Of a stretch of 64,000 bases of DNA, positions 41,869-52,426 are shown in pieces. A program made the position numbers and the translations under genes. How positions within the stretch are numbered: the first letter of the stretch is position 1; every line of letters starts with the position of its first letter. Where the stretch lies: assembly GCA_963720545.1 (NCBI GenBank), contig OY970399.1, forward strand, positions 2,912,001-2,976,000, read 5' to 3'. The notes under the pieces are model-generated. The model did not search any database. It had not been told where the DNA came from and worked only from the letters and a program-made list of their open reading frames with translations. The DNA is from an uncultured Acidobacteriota bacterium (GTDB lineage Bacteria; Acidobacteriota; Vicinamibacteria; Fen-336).

Positions 41869-42608
41869 ACGAGACGGTGTCGCTGTTCACCGCGTTCATG
41901 GCCGGGCTGCTGTCGTTCGTCTCGCCGTGCGTGCTGCCGATCGTGCCCGGCTACCTGTCGTTCATCAGCGGCGTCAACATGTCCGAGCTGAAGGACGAAG
42001 CCGGGCAGGCGACGCCTGGCCTCGCGCGCCGCGTCGGCCTCACCGCGCTCTTCTTCGTGCTCGGGTTCTCGACGGTGTTCGTGTCGCTGGGCGCTGCCGC
42101 CAGCTACGTCGGCTTCTACCTGCAGCAGTACAAGCGCAGCCTCGGCATTGTCGGCGGCATCATCATCATCCTGCTGGGCCTGCACACCGCCGGCATCCTG
42201 CGGATCAAGTGGCTGCTCTACGAGAAGCGCGCCGACGTGAAGACCAAGCCGCTCGGCTTCCTCGGCGCCTACGTCGTCGGGCTGGCCTTCGCCTTCGGCT
42301 GGACGCCGTGTATCGGCCCGATCCTGGCGGCGATCCTGCTCTACGCCTCGCAGCAGGAAACGGTGAGCCAGGGCGTGGTGCTGCTGAGCGCCTATTCGGC
42401 CGGCCTCGGCATCCCGTTCCTCGCCGCGGCGTTTGCGATCAATGCCTTCTTCGCCGCCTTCGCCGGCCTCAAGAAGCAGATGGGCGCCATCGAGAAAGTC
42501 GCCGGCGCCCTGCTCGTCGCCGTCGGAGCGCTGCTCGTCACCGGCCAGTTGAGCGTCCTCGCGCAGTGGTTCAGCCGGCTGTTCCCCTCGCTCGCGAAAA
42601 TCGGCTGA
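41865..42608 (+). CDS. ccdA: cytochrome c biogenesis / thiol-disulfide transmembrane reductant CcdA
   Basis: 'AFMAGLLSFVSPCVLPIVPGY', 'FAFGWTPCIGPIL', 'YSAGLGIPF'. Confidence 0.9.
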   Translation: MNETVSLFTAFMAGLLSFVSPCVLPIVPGYLSFISGVNMSELKDEAGQATPGLARRVGLTALFFVLGFSTVFVSLGAAASYVGFYLQQYKRSLGIVGGIIIILLGLHTAGILRIKWLLYEKRADVKTKPLGFLGAYVVGLAFAFGWTPCIGPILAAILLYASQQETVSQGVVLLSAYSAGLGIPFLAAAFAINAFFAAFAGLKKQMGAIEKVAGALLVAVGALLVTGQLSVLAQWFSRLFPSLAKIG

Positions 42609-42614
42609 CCCCCT

Positions 42615-42760
42615 GTCATCGACGGATTGGCTCTCCGTCCCCGTCCAATCCGTCGATTTCCTTTCTCGTCGTCCCCAGGCGCTCGCGTCAGCGTCCGTCC
42701 CTTTGTCCTTCCCCCAAGCGCTTGCGTCAGCGTCCGCCACTGCGTCCGGACGCAGTGGCG
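42615..42760 (+). repeat. dispersed copy of the REP-like hairpin unit plus a 26-bp perfect palindrome
   Basis: ATCGACGGATTGG...CCAATCCGTCGAT at 42618-42657; two GCGTCAGCGTCCG modules; CGCCACTGCGTCCGGACGCAGTGGCG at 42735-42760. Confidence 0.85.
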
Positions 42761-43023
42761 AGGAGATCCCTCGGTCGCAGCATGAGCGATGGACTCCTCG
42801 GGAACACGCTGTCGCGCCTTGGTCACCAACACACATAGTCCACTGCGTCCGGACGCAGTCGGTTACCAATCGAAACACCCACTCGTGACGTCCGCCCGAG
42901 ACGGGCCTGTTTGGAAGCGATACTCACTCGGTGAGTACGTCGTACTCATGGCATGAGTACTCGTTCAGGAAAGACCCTCGGTCGCGGCGCAAGCGATGGA
43001 CTCCTCGGGAATACGGTCGGGGG

Positions 43024-44643
43024 CTATTCGCCGTCGAAGCGGCGGACCGACTGGTAGAGGCGGTCGCCATCGCCGCTTTCCGAGACGAACGAGAAGCGGC
43101 CGGAGCGGTCGAAGGCTTCGGCGAGGCGGCGCAGGTATGGCTTGCGGCCGACGGGAACGATGACGTAGCGCGGCGCGAAGCGCTCGAGCAGGTAGTTCAT
43201 CGGCCGCGAGGTGTCGACCTCGTAGGGCGGGTCCTCGACCCAATGGTTCAGGATCTGGCGTTCGAGGGCGCCGGTTTCGGGAGGGACGAAGGCACCAGCG
43301 CCGTTCACCACCGGCATGCCGTGGCGCGCGGCCCAGATGAGCGTATCGGCCTCGAACACCGGAATCTCGAGGATGGCACCGGGTTTCATCGTCAGGATCT
43401 CGCGGTAGACCGCGGGCACACCCGGCGCCACCTCGCGCACGCGCACGGCGGGCGCCAGCGTCTCGAGCACTGCAACCGCCACCGCGGCCGGTCCCAGCCA
43501 CGGTCGCCCGGTCTTGTCGAGGCGGCTCAGGCCCTTCGCCGCCACCACCGCGAACAGCATGGTCGCGACCGCCGCGAACGAGTAGGGATGGCGCATGGCG
43601 TCGAGCGGCGGCACCGCGAACAGGGCACGATAGGGAAGCGGCAGCTGCAGGCTCCACAGCTTGAGCGTCGGGCCGAGGGCAATGATTCCGAGCGCCACGA
43701 TCGCCGCGAAGTAGAAGGTGTCTTCCTTGCGTCGTTTGCGCACTGCTGCCACTACCAGGGCTATCGCCAGAAGGCCGGGGAACATGCGCTCGCCGCGCGC
43801 GCCGAGGACAGCGCCGTACACGTACGATTCGCTGCCGAGGTCGTGCAGCGGCCGCCACGACATCTGCGCCGACATGCCGATGGGCCGCCGCAGCCCGTCG
43901 CGCTCCTTGAGGTCGGAAAACACCTTCGCGTAAGGCGTCGTCAGCACCAGCGCGACGAAGATCGCGAGGCCGGTGCGCGCGATCACCGAGCTGTGGCGGA
44001 AGCGGCCAAGATGCGTCGCGAGGAACACCACGCCGAGCATCGCGCAGGCGACTGCGTAGTAGCCGCTCGACTGCGCCGCGAGCGAGAAGCTCGCTCCCAC
44101 CAGCACTGCCTTGCGCCAGGTGGGCGTGCGCACCAGGCCGTGCAGGCCATAGAGGAACAGCGCGATCCAGCCGGTGCTCAGCAGGTTGAGGTGGTAGAGG
44201 TGGTAGAGCTGGTGCGAGGTGAAGGCCGCGAGCACGCCCGCGAGGAGCGCCGGCCACAGCTCGCCGGTCAGCTTGCGTGCCAGCAGGAAGAACGACCACC
44301 CGGAGAAGGTCAGAGCCAGCAGCACCGCGATGTTGTAGAGCGGCACCGGGTCGTCGATGAACAGGCGAAAAGGCAGCATCAGCACGGCGGTGCCGAGCGA
44401 CAGGTCGGAATAGAGCACGGCGCCGGTCGCGGGATAGAAGACGTTGCCGGCGAAGAACTCGGTGGGCGTCAGCACGTGGCTGGTCAGCCAGTGCAGCGTC
44501 CACATGTCGATGAGCGGGTCGGGACCGGCGAACGTGGTGGTGCGCAGGCCCGCCGCCAGCGGCCGCGTCGCAATGAGGGCGAGCAGCAGGAAGAAGAGGA
44601 CGATGCCCGCTTCGAGCGCCAGGCGCCGCTGTCGATCGGTCAA
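43024..44643 (-). CDS. multi-TM GT-C-like (PMT/YfhO-type) membrane glycosyltransferase
   Basis: N-terminal TM then 'GPDPLIDMWTLHW...FAGNVFYP...LYSD'; many TM segments; C-terminal 'ILEIP...HGMPVVNG'; start TTG 44643 or ATG 44667. Confidence 0.6.
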   Translation of the reverse strand: MTDRQRRLALEAGIVLFFLLLALIATRPLAAGLRTTTFAGPDPLIDMWTLHWLTSHVLTPTEFFAGNVFYPATGAVLYSDLSLGTAVLMLPFRLFIDDPVPLYNIAVLLALTFSGWSFFLLARKLTGELWPALLAGVLAAFTSHQLYHLYHLNLLSTGWIALFLYGLHGLVRTPTWRKAVLVGASFSLAAQSSGYYAVACAMLGVVFLATHLGRFRHSSVIARTGLAIFVALVLTTPYAKVFSDLKERDGLRRPIGMSAQMSWRPLHDLGSESYVYGAVLGARGERMFPGLLAIALVVAAVRKRRKEDTFYFAAIVALGIIALGPTLKLWSLQLPLPYRALFAVPPLDAMRHPYSFAAVATMLFAVVAAKGLSRLDKTGRPWLGPAAVAVAVLETLAPAVRVREVAPGVPAVYREILTMKPGAILEIPVFEADTLIWAARHGMPVVNGAGAFVPPETGALERQILNHWVEDPPYEVDTSRPMNYLLERFAPRYVIVPVGRKPYLRRLAEAFDRSGRFSFVSESGDGDRLYQSVRRFDGE

Positions 44644-44665
44644 GACGGGCGAGTATAATCGCCTC

Positions 44666-45195
44666 ATGCGCAGGACCCTTGCCATAGCCGCGATCGCCGC
44701 CATGCTGCCGCTCGGCATTGCCTTCAACAACGGCTGCGGCCGCGCGCCGATGGCCGCGAAGGGCAGCTACGGCCCGGCGCCCAGCTTCGACCTGCCCGAC
44801 CTTGCGGGCGGTCGCGTCAAGAACGCCGACCTCAAGGGCAAGGTCGTGGTGATGGATTTCTGGGCCACCTGGTGCGGCCCGTGCATCGAGGAAATTCCCC
44901 ACTACCGCGAGTTCCTCAAGCAGAACGAGTCGAAGGGCGTGGTGGTGGTCGGGGTCGTCTTCGATTCGGGCGAGCCGAAGGAGATCGAAGACTTCGTGAC
45001 GGAGCGCAAGATCACCTATCGCCAGCTGCTCGGCACCGACGCCACGCTCGACGACTTCGGCGCCGGCCTCGGCTTTCCGACGACGTTCGTGATCGACGGC
45101 GACGGCCGCATCCGCACCAAGATCGTCGGCAGCCCCGCCGGCAAGTTCGATTCGCTGCAGAAGACGGTCGACGAAGCGCTGGCCAAGCCAGCGGC

Positions 45196-45199
<4 letters not shown>
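44666..45199 (+). CDS. TlpA/ResA-family thiol-disulfide oxidoreductase (probable lipoprotein)
   Basis: 'APSFDLPDLAG', 'KGKVVVMDFWATWCGPCIEEIP', 'FPTTFVID'; TATAAT 6 bp before ATG. Confidence 0.9.
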
Positions 45200-46266
<1,067 letters not shown>

Positions 46267-46267
46267 C

Positions 46268-48031
46268 GTGCGCGCCCGCGGCGGCTTCCTGGCCCTCGTC
46301 GCGCTGCTGGCCGCCCTGGCTGCGGCGCTCTTCTCGCACGACAATCGACTCACCGCCGACGGCATCGACCACTACGTGTACCTGCGCTCTCTGTGGGTCG
46401 ACCACGATCTCGACCTCGGCAACGACTACGAGGCGGTGACCCGCGGGCGCGCCGCAGACCTCGAGAAGACGCCGCTCGGCCGCGTCGCGAACCCGCACCC
46501 GATCGGGCCAGCGATCGTCTGGGCGCCGTTTTACGCGGCGGCGGAACTGGTCACGCGGCTGCGCGGCGGCAGCGCCGGCGGCGCCGACCCAAGCCTCGAC
46601 TCGATGCACCGCGGCGCCATCGCGCTCGCGAGCCTTCTCTACGGCTGGTTGGGCCTGGTGCTGCTCTACCACGCGGCGCGGCGGCTCGCCGGGGACATGC
46701 CGGCGCTCCTCTCGGCGCTCGGCATCGGGCTCGCCACTTTCCTCTATTGGTACCTGGTGCACGACTCGGCGATGGCCCACGCGCCGGCTTTTGCCGCGGC
46801 GGCGCTCGTCGTCTGGCTGTGGTTGCGGCCGGCACCAGCGCCGCGCAGCATCTGGCGCGCCGTTGCCCTCGGCGCCGCCTGCGGACTCGCGGCGCTGCTG
46901 CGCTGGCAGGCAGCCCTCCTGTTCGTGGTGGTGCTTGCCGACGCGATCGAGCGCGCGGCGCGGCGGGAAAGCGCCGCTGCGGTGCTGCGCGACGTTGCCG
47001 CCGCCGGCCTCGCTGCGCTCATCGTGTTCACGCCGCAGCTCGTCGTCTTCAAGCTCCTGTACGGCTCGTGGTTCACGATTCCGCAAGGGACTCGGTTCCT
47101 CGCCGGCAACCCTGCGTGGAGCGGTGTCTTGTTCTCTCCGCACCACGGCCTCTTCTCGTGGTCGCCGTTTCTCTACTGCGGCGCCGCCGGCTTCCTGCTG
47201 TGGCTGCGCCGCGCGCCTGCGCAGGCGCTCACAGCTTTCGTGGTGTTCCTGCTGTGCGCGCGCCTCAACGCCGGGGTTGGCGACTGGTGGGGCGGATCGG
47301 CGTTCGGTGGACGGCGCTTCGACATCGTGCTGCCGTTCTTCGGCATTGCCACGGCCCTGTTCTTCCAGTGGGCCGTCTCGTTCGTGGCGCGCCGCCCCGC
47401 GTGGGCCGTCGCCGCCGCCTGTGCGCTCTTCGCCTCGTGGAACCTGCTGCTGGTGTCGAACTTCCGAACGGGCGTCTGGGACTATTCCGGTCCGGTGACT
47501 TTCGAAGAAATGGGCCGCGGCGTCGCCGGCACCGTCGATCGCACGATCGGGTCGCCGTTCTCGCTGCCGGGCGCTCTCTGGGAGCGGCTGCGCCGCGGCC
47601 GGGCACTCGCCGACTACGAGTCGGCGTTCACCGAGCGGCCGTTCTCGCGCTGGTCGGCGCGCTTCGGCATAGACGACCGGATCTTCCTCGAGGATGGCTG
47701 GAGCGCGGCGCTGCTTGAAGGCGGCGTTTCGTTTCGCTCGCTTCTGGCCGCGGAAGGCGGCTTCGTCGTCCCGCTGCACCGACCGGCGGCCTACCGGCTC
47801 GGCGTGCGCGCCCGCGGGCCTGGTGGCGACGGCGGTGGGCTCAGCGTGCGCGTATTCGTGAACCAGCGGCCGGCCGGTGTGTGGGCGCTCGCGCCGGAAT
47901 GGACCGACTTCGAGACCGCGGTGCCCGCGGAGCTGCTGCGGCCGGGGCGCAACTTCTTCCGCCTGCGCATCCTGTCCGGCGGCACCGGCGGCGTCGATGT
48001 CGCAGGCGCCTGGCTCGCGCCGCTATCATGA
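46268..48031 (+). CDS. multi-TM GT-C-like (family 39-like) glycosyltransferase
   Basis: 'ADGIDHYVYLRSL..DHDLD', 'GPAIVWAPF', 'LFSPHHGLFSWSP', 'WWGGSAFGGRRF'. Confidence 0.6.
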   Translation: MRARGGFLALVALLAALAAALFSHDNRLTADGIDHYVYLRSLWVDHDLDLGNDYEAVTRGRAADLEKTPLGRVANPHPIGPAIVWAPFYAAAELVTRLRGGSAGGADPSLDSMHRGAIALASLLYGWLGLVLLYHAARRLAGDMPALLSALGIGLATFLYWYLVHDSAMAHAPAFAAAALVVWLWLRPAPAPRSIWRAVALGAACGLAALLRWQAALLFVVVLADAIERAARRESAAAVLRDVAAAGLAALIVFTPQLVVFKLLYGSWFTIPQGTRFLAGNPAWSGVLFSPHHGLFSWSPFLYCGAAGFLLWLRRAPAQALTAFVVFLLCARLNAGVGDWWGGSAFGGRRFDIVLPFFGIATALFFQWAVSFVARRPAWAVAAACALFASWNLLLVSNFRTGVWDYSGPVTFEEMGRGVAGTVDRTIGSPFSLPGALWERLRRGRALADYESAFTERPFSRWSARFGIDDRIFLEDGWSAALLEGGVSFRSLLAAEGGFVVPLHRPAAYRLGVRARGPGGDGGGLSVRVFVNQRPAGVWALAPEWTDFETAVPAELLRPGRNFFRLRILSGGTGGVDVAGAWLAPLS

Positions 48032-50217
48032 AGATCGTGCGCGCCTGCGTCCCGCTGCTCGTGGCCGCAACCTGCGCGAGTGCGCCTGCGTGCCGCCGCT
48101 CGCCGCCGCCGGTCGCGACCTACCAGGGTGCGCCGGTCGTCCTCATCAGCATCGACACGCTGCGCGCCGATCGCGTCGGAGTGTATGGCTACAAGGGCGC
48201 GCGCACACCCAACATCGACGCGCTCGCCGCCGACGCGGTGCGCTTCGCCGACGTCTACAGTGCCGTCCCTCTCACCCTGCCCGCGCACGCGACGCTCTTC
48301 ACCGGCAAGCTGCCGCCGCGCCACGGCGTGCGCGACAACCTCGGCTTCACGCTCGACCCGTCCCAGAAGACGCTCGCCAGCACCCTCAAGGCCGCCGGCT
48401 ACGCCACCGGCGGCGCCGTTTCGGCTTACGTGCTGCGCCACCAGACGGGGATCTCCCAGGGTTTCGACTTCTACGACGATGCGCTCGTCATCGAAGGCTC
48501 GGGCGAAGTTGCCGGCGACGTGCAGCGCGACGGCGCCGTCGCCGTGGACGCACTGGCCGGGTGGGTGGAAGCGCAGGGGGCCGGGAAGCCGCTGTTCGCG
48601 TTCCTGCACCTCTACGAGCCGCACGCCCCCTACGCTCCGCCCGCGCGCTTCGGCGGCGCGGCCACGCCTTATGACGGCGATGTCTCCTATGCCGACGAAC
48701 TCGTCGGCCGCTTTCTCGAGCGGCTGCGGAAGGCGGGAGTGTTCGAGCGCGCGCTGGTGGTGCTCACCGCCGATCACGGCGAGGGCCTGAATGATCACGG
48801 CGAAGCCGAGCACGGCATCTTCCTCTACCGCGAGTCGCTGCACGTGCCGCTGCTCGTGCGCCTGCCCGGCGGCGCCGCCCGCGGCACGCTCGTGACGGGC
48901 ACCGCGTCACAGGCCGACATCGCGGCAACCATCCTCGACCTCGCCGGCGCCGGAAGCGCGGCGCATGGCGATGACGGCCTCGACGGCCGCACGTTGCGCG
49001 CGGCGATTGCGCGCGGACGGACCGACGGAGCGCCGGCCTATTCCGAGACGCTCTACCCGCGCCGCCAGTTCGGCTGGAGCGAGCTGTACGCTGTGAGCGA
49101 AGAAAAACTGCGCTATATCCGCGCGCCGAAGCCGGAGATCTACGACCTCGGCGCCGATCCGGGCGAGCGGCAGAACCTCATCGCCGCACGCGCCGCCGCC
49201 GTCGGTCCGCTGAATGCGTTCGTAGACAAGGTGCTCGCGGCGGGGAAGCCCGCAGAGCCCGAAGACGTGCCGGCGGAGGTGCGCGAGAAGCTGGCGGCGC
49301 TCGGCTACGTCGGCCTGTCGTTCACGCCGCAGCCCGAGGGCACGGCGCTGGCCGACCCGAAGGACAAGATCGCGGGCTACCAGGAATACCTCAAGGCCCT
49401 GCGCCTGCGCCAGCAGGGCAACACCGGGGAAGCGATCGCCGGGCTGCGGCGCGTGGTCGCGGAGAACCCGCGCATGATCGAGGCGTGGACGATCCTCGGC
49501 ACGACGCTCGCCGCGGACGGCCGCAGCGGCGAAGGCATCGCGGCGCTTTCGCGGGCGGTCGCGCTCGACCCGCAACGCCCCGAGATCCACACGGCGCTCG
49601 CCAAGATCTACGCCCTGCAGGGCAACACGGCCAAAGCGCTGCCGCATGCCGAGATCGCGTCGGCGAAAGATCCGGGAGCCGGTGCCGAGCTGGTGGCACA
49701 GATCCTGATGGACGCCGGCCAGCCGCGCGACGCGGCGGCCTTTGCGAAGCGCAGCATCGCCGCCGATCCGGAGCGCATCATGGGCCATTTCATCCTCGGC
49801 GACATCGCGCGCCGCGCCGGACGCTACGCGGAGGCGCTCGCGGACTATCGCCGCGCCGAGACCGCGAAGGCGCGCCGCCGGCAGGCGATCGTACGCAACC
49901 TCTACTACAACATGGGCGATTGCCTGGCGCGGCTCGGACAAAACGCCGAGGCCGAGGCGATGTTCAGGCGCGAGCTGCAGCAGTTGCCGTCCGCGCGCGA
50001 TCCGCGGCTGGCTCTGGCCCTTCTTTACCGCTCTGAGGGCCGCGATGCCGACGTGCGGACGGTGCTTGCCGAGCTGATTGCCGCCGAACAGCCGCCGACC
50101 GCCGACACGTACGCCACGGTGCTGCGCACGCTCGCGATGCTTGGCGACCGCGAAGGCGCCGCGATGTTCGCGCAGCGCGCGCGGCAGGCGTTTCCCCAGG
50201 ACGGGCGATTCCGGTGA
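48028..50217 (+). CDS. sulfatase-like (alkaline phosphatase superfamily) hydrolase/transferase with C-terminal TPRs
   Basis: 'LISIDTLRAD', 'PLTLPAH..LFTG', 'HLYEPH.PY', 'TADHGEGL..HGE..HG', 'LAALGY', then TPR helices. Confidence 0.85.
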   Translation: MKIVRACVPLLVAATCASAPACRRSPPPVATYQGAPVVLISIDTLRADRVGVYGYKGARTPNIDALAADAVRFADVYSAVPLTLPAHATLFTGKLPPRHGVRDNLGFTLDPSQKTLASTLKAAGYATGGAVSAYVLRHQTGISQGFDFYDDALVIEGSGEVAGDVQRDGAVAVDALAGWVEAQGAGKPLFAFLHLYEPHAPYAPPARFGGAATPYDGDVSYADELVGRFLERLRKAGVFERALVVLTADHGEGLNDHGEAEHGIFLYRESLHVPLLVRLPGGAARGTLVTGTASQADIAATILDLAGAGSAAHGDDGLDGRTLRAAIARGRTDGAPAYSETLYPRRQFGWSELYAVSEEKLRYIRAPKPEIYDLGADPGERQNLIAARAAAVGPLNAFVDKVLAAGKPAEPEDVPAEVREKLAALGYVGLSFTPQPEGTALADPKDKIAGYQEYLKALRLRQQGNTGEAIAGLRRVVAENPRMIEAWTILGTTLAADGRSGEGIAALSRAVALDPQRPEIHTALAKIYALQGNTAKALPHAEIASAKDPGAGAELVAQILMDAGQPRDAAAFAKRSIAADPERIMGHFILGDIARRAGRYAEALADYRRAETAKARRRQAIVRNLYYNMGDCLARLGQNAEAEAMFRRELQQLPSARDPRLALALLYRSEGRDADVRTVLAELIAAEQPPTADTYATVLRTLAMLGDREGAAMFAQRARQAFPQDGRFR

Positions 50218-52409
50218 TTGCCGCCGCGCTGCTGCTGGCCGCCGCTGCCGGGGCGGCGCCCCCCAACGTCCTGCTGGTCACGATAGACACGCTGCGCGCC
50301 GATCGCGTCGGCTGCTACGGCTACGCCGCGGCCGAAACGCCGGTGCTGGACGAGTTGGCGAAGGGCGGCGTGCTGCTCGAGGACGCGACCGTGCAGGTGC
50401 CGCAGACGCGGCCGTCGCACGCCTCGCTCCTCACTGGCCGCTGGCCGTTCGAACACGGCATCCGCGACAACTATTCGCCGCCGCTCGCCAGGACGGTGCC
50501 CACGCTCGCCACGCAGTTGAAGGCCGCCGGCTACCGCACCGCCGCCTTCGTCGCATCGTTCGTGCTGTCGCGAGCGTCGGGGCTCGGCCGCGGCTTCGAC
50601 AGATACGGCGATCCCTTTTCCGGCGCGCGCCGGGGATCGGCTCTCTACGAGCGGCCCGAGCGGCGCGGCAGCGAGGTGGTCGACGATGCGCTCGCGTGGC
50701 TGGGCAAGCCGGGGGCGGCGCCTTTCTTCGCCTGGGTGCACCTCTACGACCCGCACGCGCCCTACAATGCGCCGGCGCCGTTCGGCGCGCGGTTCGCGAA
50801 GGCGCCTTATGACGGCGAGGTGGCGTACGCCGACCAGCAGGTGGGCCGGCTCATCGCATGGCTCGACGCGAAGAAGCTGCGCGGCAAGACTCTCGTCGTC
50901 GTCACCTCCGACCACGGCGAGGGGCTCGGCGATCATGGCGAGGACGAGCACATGCTGCTCGTCTACGACAGCACGCTGCGCGTGCCGCTCATCGCCTCGT
51001 GGCCCGGCACCCTGGGCGCCGGCCGGCGCATCGCCGGACAGTTTCGCAGCGTCGACCTGCTGCCCACCGTGCTCGAGCTTGCCGGGGCCGCGCCGCTCCG
51101 CACCAGCGGCACGTCGCGCGCCGCCAACCTGCGCGGCGGCACCCGCATCCCCGACAACGAGTCGTACGCGGAGAGCCTCTACGGCAGCATCCATTTCGGG
51201 TATGCGCCGCTGCGCGCGCTGCGGTCCGAGAGCTGGAAATACATCGAGGCGCCGCGCCCGGAGCTTTACAACGTGCGCGACGATCCGGCGGAACAGAAGG
51301 ACATGACCGCGGTGCGCGGTCAGGTGGCCTCGCGGCTCGAGGAGCGCCTGCGCACGTATGACAGCGCGCGCACCGCCACGGCCGCGGCCGCGAAGATCGC
51401 GCCGGACGCCGGCACGCTGGAAAGGCTGGCGGCACTTGGCTACGTCGGCGGCTCGGCGCCGCGCGGCGGGCGTCCCACCGGCGCCGACCCCAAAGACAAG
51501 ATCGGCGAGGTGCAGGGATACATTCGCGACTTCGACGCGGCCCGCAGGCTCACGAACGCCGGCAAGTGGGACGAAGCGGCGCCGATCCTCGAGCGGCTCG
51601 GGCGCGGCGAGATCATGGGCTACGAGGTGGAGATGCTGCGCGGCCGGGCGTTCCTCCGCGGCCAGCGCTTCACCGAGGCGGCAGCTTCGCTGGAGCAGGC
51701 GATTACGCTCGTGCCGCGCGGCGCCGAAGCCTATGTATTGCTGGCGAGCGCCTATGCCGGTGCGGGCCGCTCGCAAGACGCGGTCGGCGCGCTCGAGCGC
51801 GGCGCCGTCGTCGACCCGAAGAACGTGCGCCTGCGCCTCGCGCTCTCGGCCCTCTACCGCGACCAGGGTGAAGTGCCGAAGGCGGTCGCCGAGCTGCGCA
51901 CCGCGGTAGCCGCGGACCCGAAGTCGGCGGACGCCTGGAACGCGCTTGGCAGCCTGCTCGCGCAAGGCGGAGCCGGCAGGGAAGCGGTGGCCGCGTTTCG
52001 CTCCGGTCTCGCCGCGAAAGCCGACGATCCCGACATGCTCTTCGGACTCGCCGCGCTTTTGGGCGGCGCCGAAGCCGCGCAGCTTCTCGAACGGCTGGTC
52101 GCCACCACGCCCGACTATCCCGGCGCCGCGCAAGCGCTCGCCGCAGTGCGCCGCGCCCAGGCGCCGCTTGGCCCGGGCGAGGCGCGGCTGCGGCTTTGGC
52201 GCGCCAATGACAGTGCCACGCTCGAGGCCGTGCGCGCGACACTCGTCTCGGGGAAGGCGCCGGACGATCCCGGCCGCGTGCTCGGCACTGTTCGCACAGA
52301 CGATCTCGAGGAGCCGCTGCGCACCGCAGCCGCGGCACTTCGCCCGGGTATGACCAGCGCGGTGCTGACGACCGCCACCGGGTTCGCACTCCTCTTCAGG
52401 GAGCGCTGA
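50214..52409 (+). CDS. sulfatase-like hydrolase/transferase with TPRs and a parvulin-like C-terminal tail
   Basis: 'NVLLVTIDTLRAD', 'PQTRPSHASLLTG', 'HLYDPH', 'SDHGEGLGDHGE', TPRs. Confidence 0.85.
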   Translation: MIAAALLLAAAAGAAPPNVLLVTIDTLRADRVGCYGYAAAETPVLDELAKGGVLLEDATVQVPQTRPSHASLLTGRWPFEHGIRDNYSPPLARTVPTLATQLKAAGYRTAAFVASFVLSRASGLGRGFDRYGDPFSGARRGSALYERPERRGSEVVDDALAWLGKPGAAPFFAWVHLYDPHAPYNAPAPFGARFAKAPYDGEVAYADQQVGRLIAWLDAKKLRGKTLVVVTSDHGEGLGDHGEDEHMLLVYDSTLRVPLIASWPGTLGAGRRIAGQFRSVDLLPTVLELAGAAPLRTSGTSRAANLRGGTRIPDNESYAESLYGSIHFGYAPLRALRSESWKYIEAPRPELYNVRDDPAEQKDMTAVRGQVASRLEERLRTYDSARTATAAAAKIAPDAGTLERLAALGYVGGSAPRGGRPTGADPKDKIGEVQGYIRDFDAARRLTNAGKWDEAAPILERLGRGEIMGYEVEMLRGRAFLRGQRFTEAAASLEQAITLVPRGAEAYVLLASAYAGAGRSQDAVGALERGAVVDPKNVRLRLALSALYRDQGEVPKAVAELRTAVAADPKSADAWNALGSLLAQGGAGREAVAAFRSGLAAKADDPDMLFGLAALLGGAEAAQLLERLVATTPDYPGAAQALAAVRRAQAPLGPGEARLRLWRANDSATLEAVRATLVSGKAPDDPGRVLGTVRTDDLEEPLRTAAAALRPGMTSAVLTTATGFALLFRER

Positions 52410-52426
52410 TTCAGTAGACTCCGCGG

